The notes under the pieces were generated by a model. That model did no database searches. It was not told the origin of the DNA and worked only from the letters and a program-made list of their open reading frames with translations. A stretch of DNA of 56,776 nt, from IMG/VR virus record IMGVR_UViG_3300020057_000339; one strand, given 5' to 3'. Position 1 is the stretch's first letter; each line of letters begins with the position of its first letter. This document shows, one piece after another, positions 11,201 to 19,042 of this stretch. The translations under genes were made by a program, and so were the position numbers. The stretch comes from an uncultured virus (IMG/VR IMGVR_UViG_3300020057_000339) (taxonomy: Duplodnaviria; Heunggongvirae; Uroviricota; Caudoviricetes).

Positions 11201-11578
11201 TTTGACACGACGCAAATTACGACGATCGTCTTCAAGAGTGACGCTGACGACAGTTCCTCCCATACCAGTCGTATAATCCGAATGAACTACACTTCCACGG
11301 AAATAGAAGTCACCAATGAACACTTCCATTGGTTTGCCAATTTCAGGTAACTGTCCACTAGCTCCATGAAAAGTTTCAGAAGGCCCAACTGGTACCCATT
11401 CTGTTTGTAAATTATGAGGCGTGACATTGAAACCAAACGCAGCATTTGCTGACGATAAGAAGGCAGCGAGTTTAGAACCCGGTACACCAAATCCAAACTG
11501 ACCAGAAGGGAACGCAACGCCATTCAGCGGCACTCCCACGCCGCTGACTACAATACCATCTGACACTAGAATATTCAT
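8261..11578 (-). CDS. Large tail tip/baseplate hub-like protein
   Basis: 1105 aa downstream of the tape measure; the N-terminal FRGSVV..D....G....VTLED pattern resembles hub/Tal proteins. Confidence 0.6.
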   Translation of the reverse strand: MNILVSDGIVVSGVGVPLNGVAFPSGQFGFGVPGSKLAAFLSSANAAFGFNVTPHNLQTEWVPVGPSETFHGASGQLPEIGKPMEVFIGDFYFRGSVVHSDYTTGMGGTVVSVTLEDDRRNLRRVKIHTEDLGQSVPSGVVSVARAFRILNGLEDINGNPSEPLVKEYDRILQFGGTYDQILAAIDLTYNEGNLSVPVSILPTVEHIEKNIGGTITAIRFQFNLDPLDDVLSRILLDTGYDWYWNMDAQRVALVNKKVQFDISEAEILNLVSQFGSQSGLNETKQLGFGHDVVPDPTRFRVLGGHQEGFINSELLSPIDGMETSALDGNVVFSKAWDKLSVGFYDADGYFRTYMPTEKELQLALAGIEQWTYYKIYQTPSGTANPPGYGFPPDNGSIAAQNSSFQSRLDPNMPLAGIATGAAESGLRVISNRRDQEQNWVIAFYNRIRDHASRHYGRSYVVEGLLYNQASGLFQLVDAAWANVENQVQGYSLSASGTVTTSGVFVEDYEINRGLGPVSPFVTEDFRVRAYCVLPQSTVYGPLGDDNPASFANWTEDAPPFNPSGDGRHYIPVTLQDVGDRVIDPHSEADLYGFESYPKGTLLCQLPINAGPSGGIVNDGIIFNLATMLTTINKLTGSGLLDIINPSQVLNVYDALSGVAIPVQSRLRYGQTYPSQWVLGDLHYERHEDIQLDDQFVPWAFSPEGNQTSLAIMTDRAIRRVEGKIVPKSSSRYADFQQVGLPLLSFDAFAEQNIGPSGLYGEISHGVSELNISFGIDGFVTRYKIQSYYPKFGRDAPLGERVRAQLNGILNPIDFADLALLDPNPGRASNTTLPGDTFVPPIFFDSEQNAVRVTITEVNNIFSLSSIPGTEVDERYRGIDQHAYVKPPLALSSSNIDFREGAICIDGFLNIDDKAVYHTDNFQLPDGNTILRYFTQGRPFANGTIVQIERVNPSNTANYDVTFVGGTGSRAIFNLPVLNGTVQVGAKTTLAAQGNAKVTPGDTIGTIYLNGTASSAAGVVPVEITAVANQGSPLAKAICRPLDHNGQVVTSGTLYADVVPIPYPQFAASGDRGFLAQAIVPSGMGGLATVNFIEIVRPAMQNFGIF

Positions 11579-11580
11579 CT

Positions 11581-14500
11581 CTAGATCTCTTTCAAGAAAT
11601 CGTTACCGGCTTCCAAGCTATCACACCAATATACACCCCTGCTGTCTCTAATACACCATACTGGGCGATACTGGCCCGGCTCAGTATAGACGTGAGTTGG
11701 GTTGAAGGTGATCGTCGATTGTCCGTCGTCAAAGCTCAACAAGCTGGCGTTGATTGCAACTCCAGGCGGCAAGCCATCTACAGTCGTTGTGAAGTCCACA
11801 GTCAAGGCTGCGTTACCAGAACGAGGCACACCAGACACGCTGATGATAACTGGGCTGATGCCAGAAGCCGCATTGATGATACGTGTAGCCGAACCATGGA
11901 TACCGTTTGAGTCAATCGCTTCAAACTTGGCAATAAAGAAACCACTACTAGCATAGTAATGCTGATTGGGATAGAAACCGGCACCACTTTCCAGAACTGT
12001 AACGGCGGGCGTTAAATCTCCAAATGTCCAGCGTGTTTGTACGATCGACTTACCTTGTGTACCAGATGCGGCACCAATAAAGTATTGGTTAAATGGTGCA
12101 GTAACGCCACTAACAGTTTTTTGGGGAATAACAATATCAACTACCGGACCAGTTTCAGCTTGAAAGACAACAAGCTTAGCATCAAAGTCTGCATTGGTAT
12201 TTTTGCGAAGAACGATCTGTGAGTCGAAGTCTTTGGCTGCAAAGGCTTGAACAGTAAAACCGCCATCAAACTGCATGTTAGCGACCAAGCCACCAATCAC
12301 AAAACCGCCAATGATACCGCTAGCTTGGTCGGTACTATAAATGTATCCGCCAAGAATGCCTGAAACGGTATATAGGCCACGGACATAACCACCAATGACA
12401 CCGGACACATCCAGAGCACTAAAGCCATAACCACCGATGACACCGGACACATCCAGAGCACTAAAGCCATAACCACCGATGATTCCCGAACCAGTGTCCT
12501 GACCTATATTATAACCACCGATGATTCCCGATACCAATTCAGATCCTAGAATGTAACCGCCGATGACGCCGCTAACAAGAGTGCCATCAGCACCATCAAT
12601 ACCATTCTGAGAAATGTATCTGACTTCTGGTTCTGTAATGGCACGAGAGAAGTAGAATACGTCGGTAATGATACCGTCTCCATCTAAAAGATTAGATGCA
12701 CTAAAGTCCCATGGATTAGCATTCTGATGCGTCAAGAAAGTAATCATGCGTGCGGCAGGATTTACTGGCACGATAGGATTCAATCCAGACGGAGGACCGC
12801 CATTTAGCGGATCAACAGCGACCTTTGTTGCCTTGCGATCTACCTCTTGTCCATTTATATAGCACACCAATTCTTTGGATGTTGGCGTGTATGTCCAGCA
12901 ATAGTGACTCCAGTAGTCAAGACTAGCTGGCTTTATATTACCAAATAAGTAATTATTGAAGCGTCTATTGTCCTCGTAAATTGAATCAGTATTAAACGTA
13001 CCACAGACTATCTGTCCAGACTGTGCGGCACTACTAGAGTTGTCATAGTATCCGCCACCTCCAACTGACATAACCATTTTGATGTTATTGTTATCGTCAG
13101 AAAGAATTGCCCAGCCACGATTAAAATTTGTTGTTGTGCTGGAAATTACATTAGAGCCAAGTAAACCATAAACAAGCATTGGATCAGCCGTACTTGCTGT
13201 CGTGCCTACTCTACGAGACATCAAGAAGCCAACCGAGAAACCATTTTGAGGACTATCAAACTCTACGCCAGAAACAGCAAACGGCGGCGTAATTGAAGCG
13301 GCACCAGCACCAGCAGTACCATATGTCAATCCACTACATTGTATAAGTAGATCAGAATCCTTCAATGGTCCGGGCAAAAACTTAAACGAACGCGAAGATT
13401 GTGTAGATCCTCCTGCTCTATTCTTTTGTTCACTCAATGGATCTAAGTGATTCGACTTGAAGCTCAAATCGGTTGTACCTGATCCTCCACCCGCTAGTCC
13501 ATTGAATCTCCAATACCCTTGCAAATTAGAATCGAAAACGGTCACTTGTGTCTTTGAAAGCGTTGGGGTGTATCCGGTGATTGTTGGATTCTGAATACCA
13601 CTGACAGCTAACGCCTCAACTTCATTTTGATCAAATATTCCACGCATGAGAAAAATCTCACGCATGTACAATTCGCCCAGACCACCATCTCTAGAGATCT
13701 GCGTCGTAAGTACGTCGTTACCGGCTTCGCCACCAAACTGTAACAAGAAATCATCGGTGGTTGCGTTAGGGGCGTTCGGCGTCCAGATACGAGCGGTAGC
13801 AGCAGTCATACGACGACGCTGTACCGGCACGCCATTAATCCACAACGTAATAGTTAGAGGCGTTGAACCAGCAGTATCACCATTCACATTGTATGGAGCA
13901 TCCATCTTTGAATGGAAGAGGATCTTCGTTGGTACACCATATGGTACCACGCCAGATACCAGTCCAACATAATTGGCAGCATTGAATGTACCAGTACGTG
14001 ACGCAAACACAATCGACACGCCAGAACCTTGTGCCGCATCTACAGTCGTTAAGAATGAGCGAAGCTCGCCATTGGCTGAACTACCGGCTTGGTTACCATA
14101 CACGCTTAGTGTTGAATTGAATTCAAACTTCACGTTATCACCAGTCAAACCAAATGGAGTTAGTGGAATATTTCCGCTTGGAGTGACTTCGTAACCAATC
14201 AAAAAATCACCAAGAACGTTCTGGCACTGAATATTAGATGCTACGTTGACGGGTTTGTAACGTTGACTAAAATTAGCAATAGAAGATCTTGCTGCACCAG
14301 CATCGGTAACATTTGCCGTACCCGCACTTAAGCCATGTACTCCAAAAATACCAGATGTAATGCCAAGTGTGCCATAGCTGGCAAGCTGAGGTGGTGTAAT
14401 ACGCGTACCAAACTGATTAGTCCGTTGATTCAAAGCATAGTATGCCGCCCACTTAGTAGTAGTATCACCACGTAACAGATTACCGGGAAACTCATTCCAT

Positions 14501-16380
14501 ACTCTAGCACGATCCTCAACAATAACATCATCGAGCTTGAAATCAGAACAAGGCCAGTAACCCATCAATCTAGAATCATACGGCGTACGCCAAGTGGATG
14601 TCGTATTAATACCGCTTTGAGCAACGTACATCAATTCTTCTGGCAGCATAGCTCTGCCCATTACAAGAATAGGTCCAAAATATAAATCTCGACCACCAGC
14701 GGTGAGTATGCCAGGATCATTTGCGTCAGCTATCGTGTTTGCAATACCATTTGCAAACATTAATGGGTAGCCACTACCCGCTAGTCTGAGTAGCTGATCG
14801 GACAATGAGTGTTCCAGTGTTCCACTGCCTTGTACATGGCCATCAACGTATAGTGCAATACCTTTTGTGCTATCGTCATATGCAACGGCGTAATTACATG
14901 GGACGCTATTGTAATAACCACTGGTTGCTGAATCAATATTAAAAACGGAAGCAGTAATATCACCAAGCGGATATACAGATAGACGAATTCTATTTGGTGA
15001 CGACATTTCTGTTAATGCCATACCAAATGTCGAAGTAGTAATTGCCGCCGGAGCACCAGCGGTAGAGGCAGATACTGATCCCATAGAAAAGATCATGTTG
15101 TCGTCACGGCCCAAACCATTTACTGGTCCAGCAACAACGCTCAAAGTCCAGCTTCTTGAATTGATCATATCATAGATCAATCCACTTGTTGCTACCACCG
15201 ACTCGGCTTGTGACGTTCCATTCATCAACATTCCGCCACCCTTAAATGGGCCAGGAACAGAAATGTAGTAAGATAGCGATCCTTCGTCTTGGGTGCCAAT
15301 CAGTGCTCTATGATTCTTTGAAACGTCGGGCCAACCCACGGAACGGAATGGATAATAAGCTAAAAGTTTATCGTCTGTCAACTCAACCCTAATGGGTCGC
15401 TTTATATTACCCTCTAGTGGCTGAAGTGTAGCCCCAACATGAAGGTCTAGAATTTCACCCTCATTCAACACACGTCTGAAAACATACGCTCCAGACACTA
15501 GATGGTTCCATCCACACGTTCCGCCATAGTCACTTGAACCGACATTGGCGTCGTCTCCACCGCCAATAGCAAGAGCACGTCCAATAAGATTTGTATTAGC
15601 AAGAGTAGTAGCACTGGCACCACCAGCACCAGTGTTACTGGTCCCGCTGGCCGCAACACGTCCGTTCTTGTAAAGGACAATCTGATCTGCCGTACCATTA
15701 ATGTAACGAAACGTAAATGTCAGGTGAGTATAGCAACCAGATTCAATAGGAGTACTTAGAACAGTTGGGGCGGCGGTATTTCTTTCAATGCTTGCATACG
15801 CTGTCAATTGTCTATTGCTTGAAAAAGAATTGAATTGGGCACCATTGTTAGTGGCACCAGATACACCAATCTGCCAACCACCAAGAGTGGCATGTTGTTT
15901 TTGTGTAAACAACGTGTGGCAACGAGCACCTTCCGTTTCTCCGTTGAATGATCCTGGTAACGCATCAGCATAATAATTCAAATAACCATCGCTATTTGGA
16001 TATACCCAAATACCAACAGTAATACCACTCTGTGCTACGTTACTCGATAGTGTCTGTTCACAAACTTGCGAACAACCATTTCCAAGAACAAGATATCTGC
16101 TATACGGAGAAGAGTCCGCACCAAGCCTCCAATAGCCCTGAACCATGTAACCATTGTAATTGACGCCAGACTCAGGATTAAAGACTGTAGTCGTACCGGG
16201 CCAAACCGACTTGACTTCTTCGTCGTCAACTGTATCAGCTACAGCAACGTGGAAGTCAAACGAAATGCCGCTAGGTGCTCTCGAACGTGCTGGAGAGTAG
16301 TTCAGGAAAATAGGAGAGCCACTAGGTTCATTAAGCGGCCAAAATCCAATCAATGATCCATCATTTAGGAAATTAACCAT
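11581..16380 (-). CDS. Large virion protein with three LamG/concanavalin-like modules, a 14-aa repeat stalk and C-terminal PKD domains
   Basis: Repeated L-x-[GA]-[FY]-[WY]-[PR] module starts (LIGFWPL, LLAYYPF, LMGYWPC, LQGYWRF); LYKNG, LYVDG, LWING, CYING motifs; PKD-like WTFGD, SFDDG, NPTHVYTEPGQY. Confidence 0.8.
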   Translation of the reverse strand: MVNFLNDGSLIGFWPLNEPSGSPIFLNYSPARSRAPSGISFDFHVAVADTVDDEEVKSVWPGTTTVFNPESGVNYNGYMVQGYWRLGADSSPYSRYLVLGNGCSQVCEQTLSSNVAQSGITVGIWVYPNSDGYLNYYADALPGSFNGETEGARCHTLFTQKQHATLGGWQIGVSGATNNGAQFNSFSSNRQLTAYASIERNTAAPTVLSTPIESGCYTHLTFTFRYINGTADQIVLYKNGRVAASGTSNTGAGGASATTLANTNLIGRALAIGGGDDANVGSSDYGGTCGWNHLVSGAYVFRRVLNEGEILDLHVGATLQPLEGNIKRPIRVELTDDKLLAYYPFRSVGWPDVSKNHRALIGTQDEGSLSYYISVPGPFKGGGMLMNGTSQAESVVATSGLIYDMINSRSWTLSVVAGPVNGLGRDDNMIFSMGSVSASTAGAPAAITTSTFGMALTEMSSPNRIRLSVYPLGDITASVFNIDSATSGYYNSVPCNYAVAYDDSTKGIALYVDGHVQGSGTLEHSLSDQLLRLAGSGYPLMFANGIANTIADANDPGILTAGGRDLYFGPILVMGRAMLPEELMYVAQSGINTTSTWRTPYDSRLMGYWPCSDFKLDDVIVEDRARVWNEFPGNLLRGDTTTKWAAYYALNQRTNQFGTRITPPQLASYGTLGITSGIFGVHGLSAGTANVTDAGAARSSIANFSQRYKPVNVASNIQCQNVLGDFLIGYEVTPSGNIPLTPFGLTGDNVKFEFNSTLSVYGNQAGSSANGELRSFLTTVDAAQGSGVSIVFASRTGTFNAANYVGLVSGVVPYGVPTKILFHSKMDAPYNVNGDTAGSTPLTITLWINGVPVQRRRMTAATARIWTPNAPNATTDDFLLQFGGEAGNDVLTTQISRDGGLGELYMREIFLMRGIFDQNEVEALAVSGIQNPTITGYTPTLSKTQVTVFDSNLQGYWRFNGLAGGGSGTTDLSFKSNHLDPLSEQKNRAGGSTQSSRSFKFLPGPLKDSDLLIQCSGLTYGTAGAGAASITPPFAVSGVEFDSPQNGFSVGFLMSRRVGTTASTADPMLVYGLLGSNVISSTTTNFNRGWAILSDDNNNIKMVMSVGGGGYYDNSSSAAQSGQIVCGTFNTDSIYEDNRRFNNYLFGNIKPASLDYWSHYCWTYTPTSKELVCYINGQEVDRKATKVAVDPLNGGPPSGLNPIVPVNPAARMITFLTHQNANPWDFSASNLLDGDGIITDVFYFSRAITEPEVRYISQNGIDGADGTLVSGVIGGYILGSELVSGIIGGYNIGQDTGSGIIGGYGFSALDVSGVIGGYGFSALDVSGVIGGYVRGLYTVSGILGGYIYSTDQASGIIGGFVIGGLVANMQFDGGFTVQAFAAKDFDSQIVLRKNTNADFDAKLVVFQAETGPVVDIVIPQKTVSGVTAPFNQYFIGAASGTQGKSIVQTRWTFGDLTPAVTVLESGAGFYPNQHYYASSGFFIAKFEAIDSNGIHGSATRIINAASGISPVIISVSGVPRSGNAALTVDFTTTVDGLPPGVAINASLLSFDDGQSTITFNPTHVYTEPGQYRPVWCIRDSRGVYWCDSLEAGNDFLKEI
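12384..12482. repeat. 42-bp tandem repeat (~2.3 near-identical copies) inside a degenerate 14-aa repeat array
   Basis: CATAACCACC(A/G)ATGACACCGGACACATCCAGAGCACTAAAGC repeated; the protein reads (x)SG[VI][IL]GG[YF] seven times. Confidence 0.95.
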
Positions 16381-16837
16381 TGACGTACTCCAATACTACA
16401 TGTTTTCCAGTAAATGGAGACATTCTATATCTCTTAATCAAATTTCCGCCACCATCAAGCACGTCCAGGTTCACGAAAATGTGATGGGCGTTTTGAAGTG
16501 GACGGCTGGCAACGAACCACTCAGGCTCTTTGCCTTCCATATCAAGCGGATAATGTTCATGCACGTAGCAGTGCAGATCAGCATCGCTCCAGTTTTCTGG
16601 AGATAGTACACCACGGCCTTCAAAGGTTTGGCCGTTAGATGCAAACGCTCGAAAAGTAGAAAGGGTAATGTTGAGGATGACGCCTTCATGGACCGCGACT
16701 TCATTCACGGCAGTTCCGCCTAGACGGAAAAGCTCGCCGTCATGCTTGGTGCAGCTAATGACGTGCGTAGCGTCAAAGTGCGTGACTACTGTTAAGGTGC
16801 CAACATCACCTTCGTATTCAAATGACGCCGTAGGCAT
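16373..16837 (-). CDS. Hypothetical protein in tail cluster
   Basis: Start MPTASF at 16837 preceded by GGAG; overlaps the start of the LamG gene. Confidence 0.65.
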   Translation of the reverse strand: MPTASFEYEGDVGTLTVVTHFDATHVISCTKHDGELFRLGGTAVNEVAVHEGVILNITLSTFRAFASNGQTFEGRGVLSPENWSDADLHCYVHEHYPLDMEGKEPEWFVASRPLQNAHHIFVNLDVLDGGGNLIKRYRMSPFTGKHVVLEYVNG

Positions 16838-17025
16838 GTAGCTGCTCCAATTTATCAGCAGTATATGCTTGACGTAGCATTTTGCTACATGACATTGACA
16901 AGCCGTCACTCTTGGTTCTATTGCCATAGAACTCAATCTTAGCCTTTTTAAGCTTACAACATGTCTTAGTCACTGTATATCCCCTTACACCAAAGGCTAA
17001 GCGAAACGCTATGCCCCATGTCATG

Positions 17026-17035
17026 AATACACTAA
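17026..17035 (-). promoter_or_regulatory. Putative late promoter motif TTAGTGTATT
   Basis: Intergenic, upstream of 16373..16837 and the LamG gene. Confidence 0.55.
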
Positions 17036-17131
17036 ACTTGAAAAAGAAGAACTGGTGGCGGTGGCCATTGGCCCGCCTTCGCAACACCCTATCTTTCTTC
17101 ATTTTCAAGCGATATCAACAAGGATCCACTC

Positions 17132-17383
17132 GCAAGAGCCATGTTAGATCAAACTAACGTTAGCACGGGAGGCGGCTTGAAAAGAGGAAAATATCAGTTG
17201 GCCTATATTAGCTACTGATGCCGTGACAACATGTTAGCTCATATAGCTGGTCACACTCGGCTTCGCCTAGCGTTATCACAGCCTTGCTGTTTTATGCTTA
17301 CATGGTTTTGGCGTTTTGGCAAGTAAAATCATGGATTTACCAGAAAATAGAAATTATATTAGTAACTACTGAAGAGTTGGCAA
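17132..17383. repeat. Inverted copy of the 49.4-49.8 kb control region
   Basis: 17132-17339 is the reverse complement of 49599-49806 (200/208 identical); 17336-17383 is the reverse complement of 49418-49465 (45/48). Confidence 0.97.
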
Positions 17384-17414
17384 AAAACGACAAAGCCCGC
17401 ATAAGCGGGCTTTG
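17382..17414 (-). terminator. Intrinsic terminator
   Basis: Minus strand CAAAGCCCGC-TTAT-GCGGGCTTTG followed by TCGTTTTTT, just after the 17438 gene. Confidence 0.85.
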
Positions 17415-17437
17415 CCTTGGCAGTCAGCGATTTTCAC

Positions 17438-17623
17438 TCATCCAAGGATAGTGAAAGGATTGGCCGCAGTGACGCCGACGCCGAGGTTGCTGATAACACT
17501 GATCAGACCGCCACGGGTTACCGTAACGCCATCACGATCAGAAAGCCTTTCTAACTTCGTTCCGAGTGTCCACGACACAAAGTTAGCGTTGTTCTTGCTA
17601 CTTGTAAAATTGACAGTTGCCAT
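17438..17623 (-). CDS. Small putative virion protein
   Basis: MATVNF start with SD AGGGGG, flanked by the late motif and a terminator. Confidence 0.65.
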   Translation of the reverse strand: MATVNFTSSKNNANFVSWTLGTKLERLSDRDGVTVTRGGLISVISNLGVGVTAANPFTILG

Positions 17624-17682
17624 GTTATGGCCCCCTTCTAAGAAATCAAACGTTTGACTAGTGGGCTCTTGACCCACTATGG

Positions 17683-17692
17683 AATACACTAA
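17683..17692 (-). promoter_or_regulatory. Putative late promoter motif TTAGTGTATT
   Basis: Overlaps the TAG stop of 17689..18330, 60 nt upstream of the next ATG. Confidence 0.6.
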
Positions 17693-18330
17693 AAAGATAG
17701 AAGGTAGTCATTAGGCCAATAATTAAACACTAACCCGAATCTCAATAAGCCAGATCCACATACTCCAAAGCTACCAAGTGGAAAGCCAATCGGTAATATG
17801 AGGTTTAGGTATACAAACTCAGACGAATTGAGATCGTCCTGTGCAGCGAGTGCCGCTGTACCGTCTTGACGACGTACATTTGGAATGCTTGGAATGCTTG
17901 TGGTCAAGACTGGACTTGAGCCTGACGGCATAGACAGATTGTATAGCCAGCTTGATCCACCTTGCATTATTTGAACAATACCCGATCCAGCACCGCTCCA
18001 AACGCCCGCCCTTAGGGCGGAGTCGTTAATCAAGAACAAACTCAGGTCGGATACAGCAACGCCACTATTCGCAAGATTAAAAGTTAAGCAAGCTGGCTTA
18101 GAAGCCAAATGCGGTGGAGGCGGCAAATTCGTAAGGTCAAACTTTGTACCCTCGAAAAGTAGCACTCCAGATGTCGTTGCAGGATTCAATGGATCTGCCG
18201 TCATGCAGCCAGACGAGACCATGTGCTTGAAAGCAAATGAGCCGCCCGGCACGGTACGACTACCGACCGGACTGGCTATCTCAGCAACGTCCCAAGCGAA
18301 GACGCGGATTAGAGGCGAAATTGTTGACAT
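17689..18330 (-). CDS. Putative virion protein (paralog of 18481..19041)
   Basis: Shares SG[VA]..[DN][LM].[LF]FL.N.SA and [EQ][FY]VYL...G.P[LI]G..G..G.G..R[FY].L.[FY][ND][YF] with its neighbour. Confidence 0.65.
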   Translation of the reverse strand: MSTISPLIRVFAWDVAEIASPVGSRTVPGGSFAFKHMVSSGCMTADPLNPATTSGVLLFEGTKFDLTNLPPPPHLASKPACLTFNLANSGVAVSDLSLFLINDSALRAGVWSGAGSGIVQIMQGGSSWLYNLSMPSGSSPVLTTSIPSIPNVRRQDGTAALAAQDDLNSSEFVYLNLILPIGFPLGSFGVCGSGLLRFGLVFNYWPNDYLLSF

Positions 18331-18494
18331 AGCTCATCTTGTTCCTTTGTAGACACAGGCATAAAACGTCCAGCAAAGCGACGCACAAACACCGCCTTGT
18401 CACCAAATGTAACAAGATAGATACCGATCGGTAGAGCTTGGTCTTCCGATTCGCCAACCTTCTTGAGTGTGATATCTTGATCAGGAGAAATCAT
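18309..18494 (-). CDS. Small hypothetical protein
   Basis: Start MISPDQ at 18494 fills the gap between two paralogs with short overlaps. Confidence 0.5.
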   Translation of the reverse strand: MISPDQDITLKKVGESEDQALPIGIYLVTFGDKAVFVRRFAGRFMPVSTKEQDELCQQFRL

Positions 18495-19041
18495 AGAGTA
18501 GTCTGTATCTAAATGTGCCCGCACCGGCACCGCCCTTGGTTCCAATCGGTACACTGACACCGGCTTCTACAGCCAAGTAAACATACTGACCTACATCCGC
18601 GTCCAAAACACCACTCATCCATGGCTGACCAGATTGCCAATTCGGCGTCTGAATAGTTCCCGATAAGTTAGTATTTGTTGGTACATTACTGGGTGTGTTA
18701 TTCGCACTTGAATCCAGGGCAAGATTTGGCACGAAATGCATACTCTTCTGTTCCAAGAATCTGTATGCACCAGCAGTGAATGCAGATGCGTTAGTCAAGA
18801 AGAAACGCATGTTGTAAACGCCACTCGCATCACCCATATATGAGATACGAGGATAAACGAGTAGCGTATTGCTAATCGCACCAGAACCCGTTGTATTAAT
18901 GCTGCCGAAATCTAGTACGCCACCAGCCCCGGTATCTACGTTACGAATAAAACCCTTGACTGGCTGCTTCAATTGACGGAAGCCAGAAGGATCAATCACG
19001 AGACTTTGCTGAATCCATTCCAGGGCGGGGAAATTAACCAT
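18481..19041 (-). CDS. Putative virion protein (paralog of 17689..18330)
   Basis: Motif similarity with the paralog; tail-cluster position. Confidence 0.65.
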   Translation of the reverse strand: MVNFPALEWIQQSLVIDPSGFRQLKQPVKGFIRNVDTGAGGVLDFGSINTTGSGAISNTLLVYPRISYMGDASGVYNMRFFLTNASAFTAGAYRFLEQKSMHFVPNLALDSSANNTPSNVPTNTNLSGTIQTPNWQSGQPWMSGVLDADVGQYVYLAVEAGVSVPIGTKGGAGAGTFRYRLLYDFS

Positions 19042-19042
19042 G

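Noticed and set aside
12384..12482. CRISPR array
   Set aside because: The repeats are contiguous, in-frame coding units with no unique spacers, and no cas operon is present.
16818..17108. 96-aa ORF in the 17-kb intergenic region
   Set aside because: It has a TTG start, no recognisable motif, and overlaps a late-promoter motif; likely spurious.
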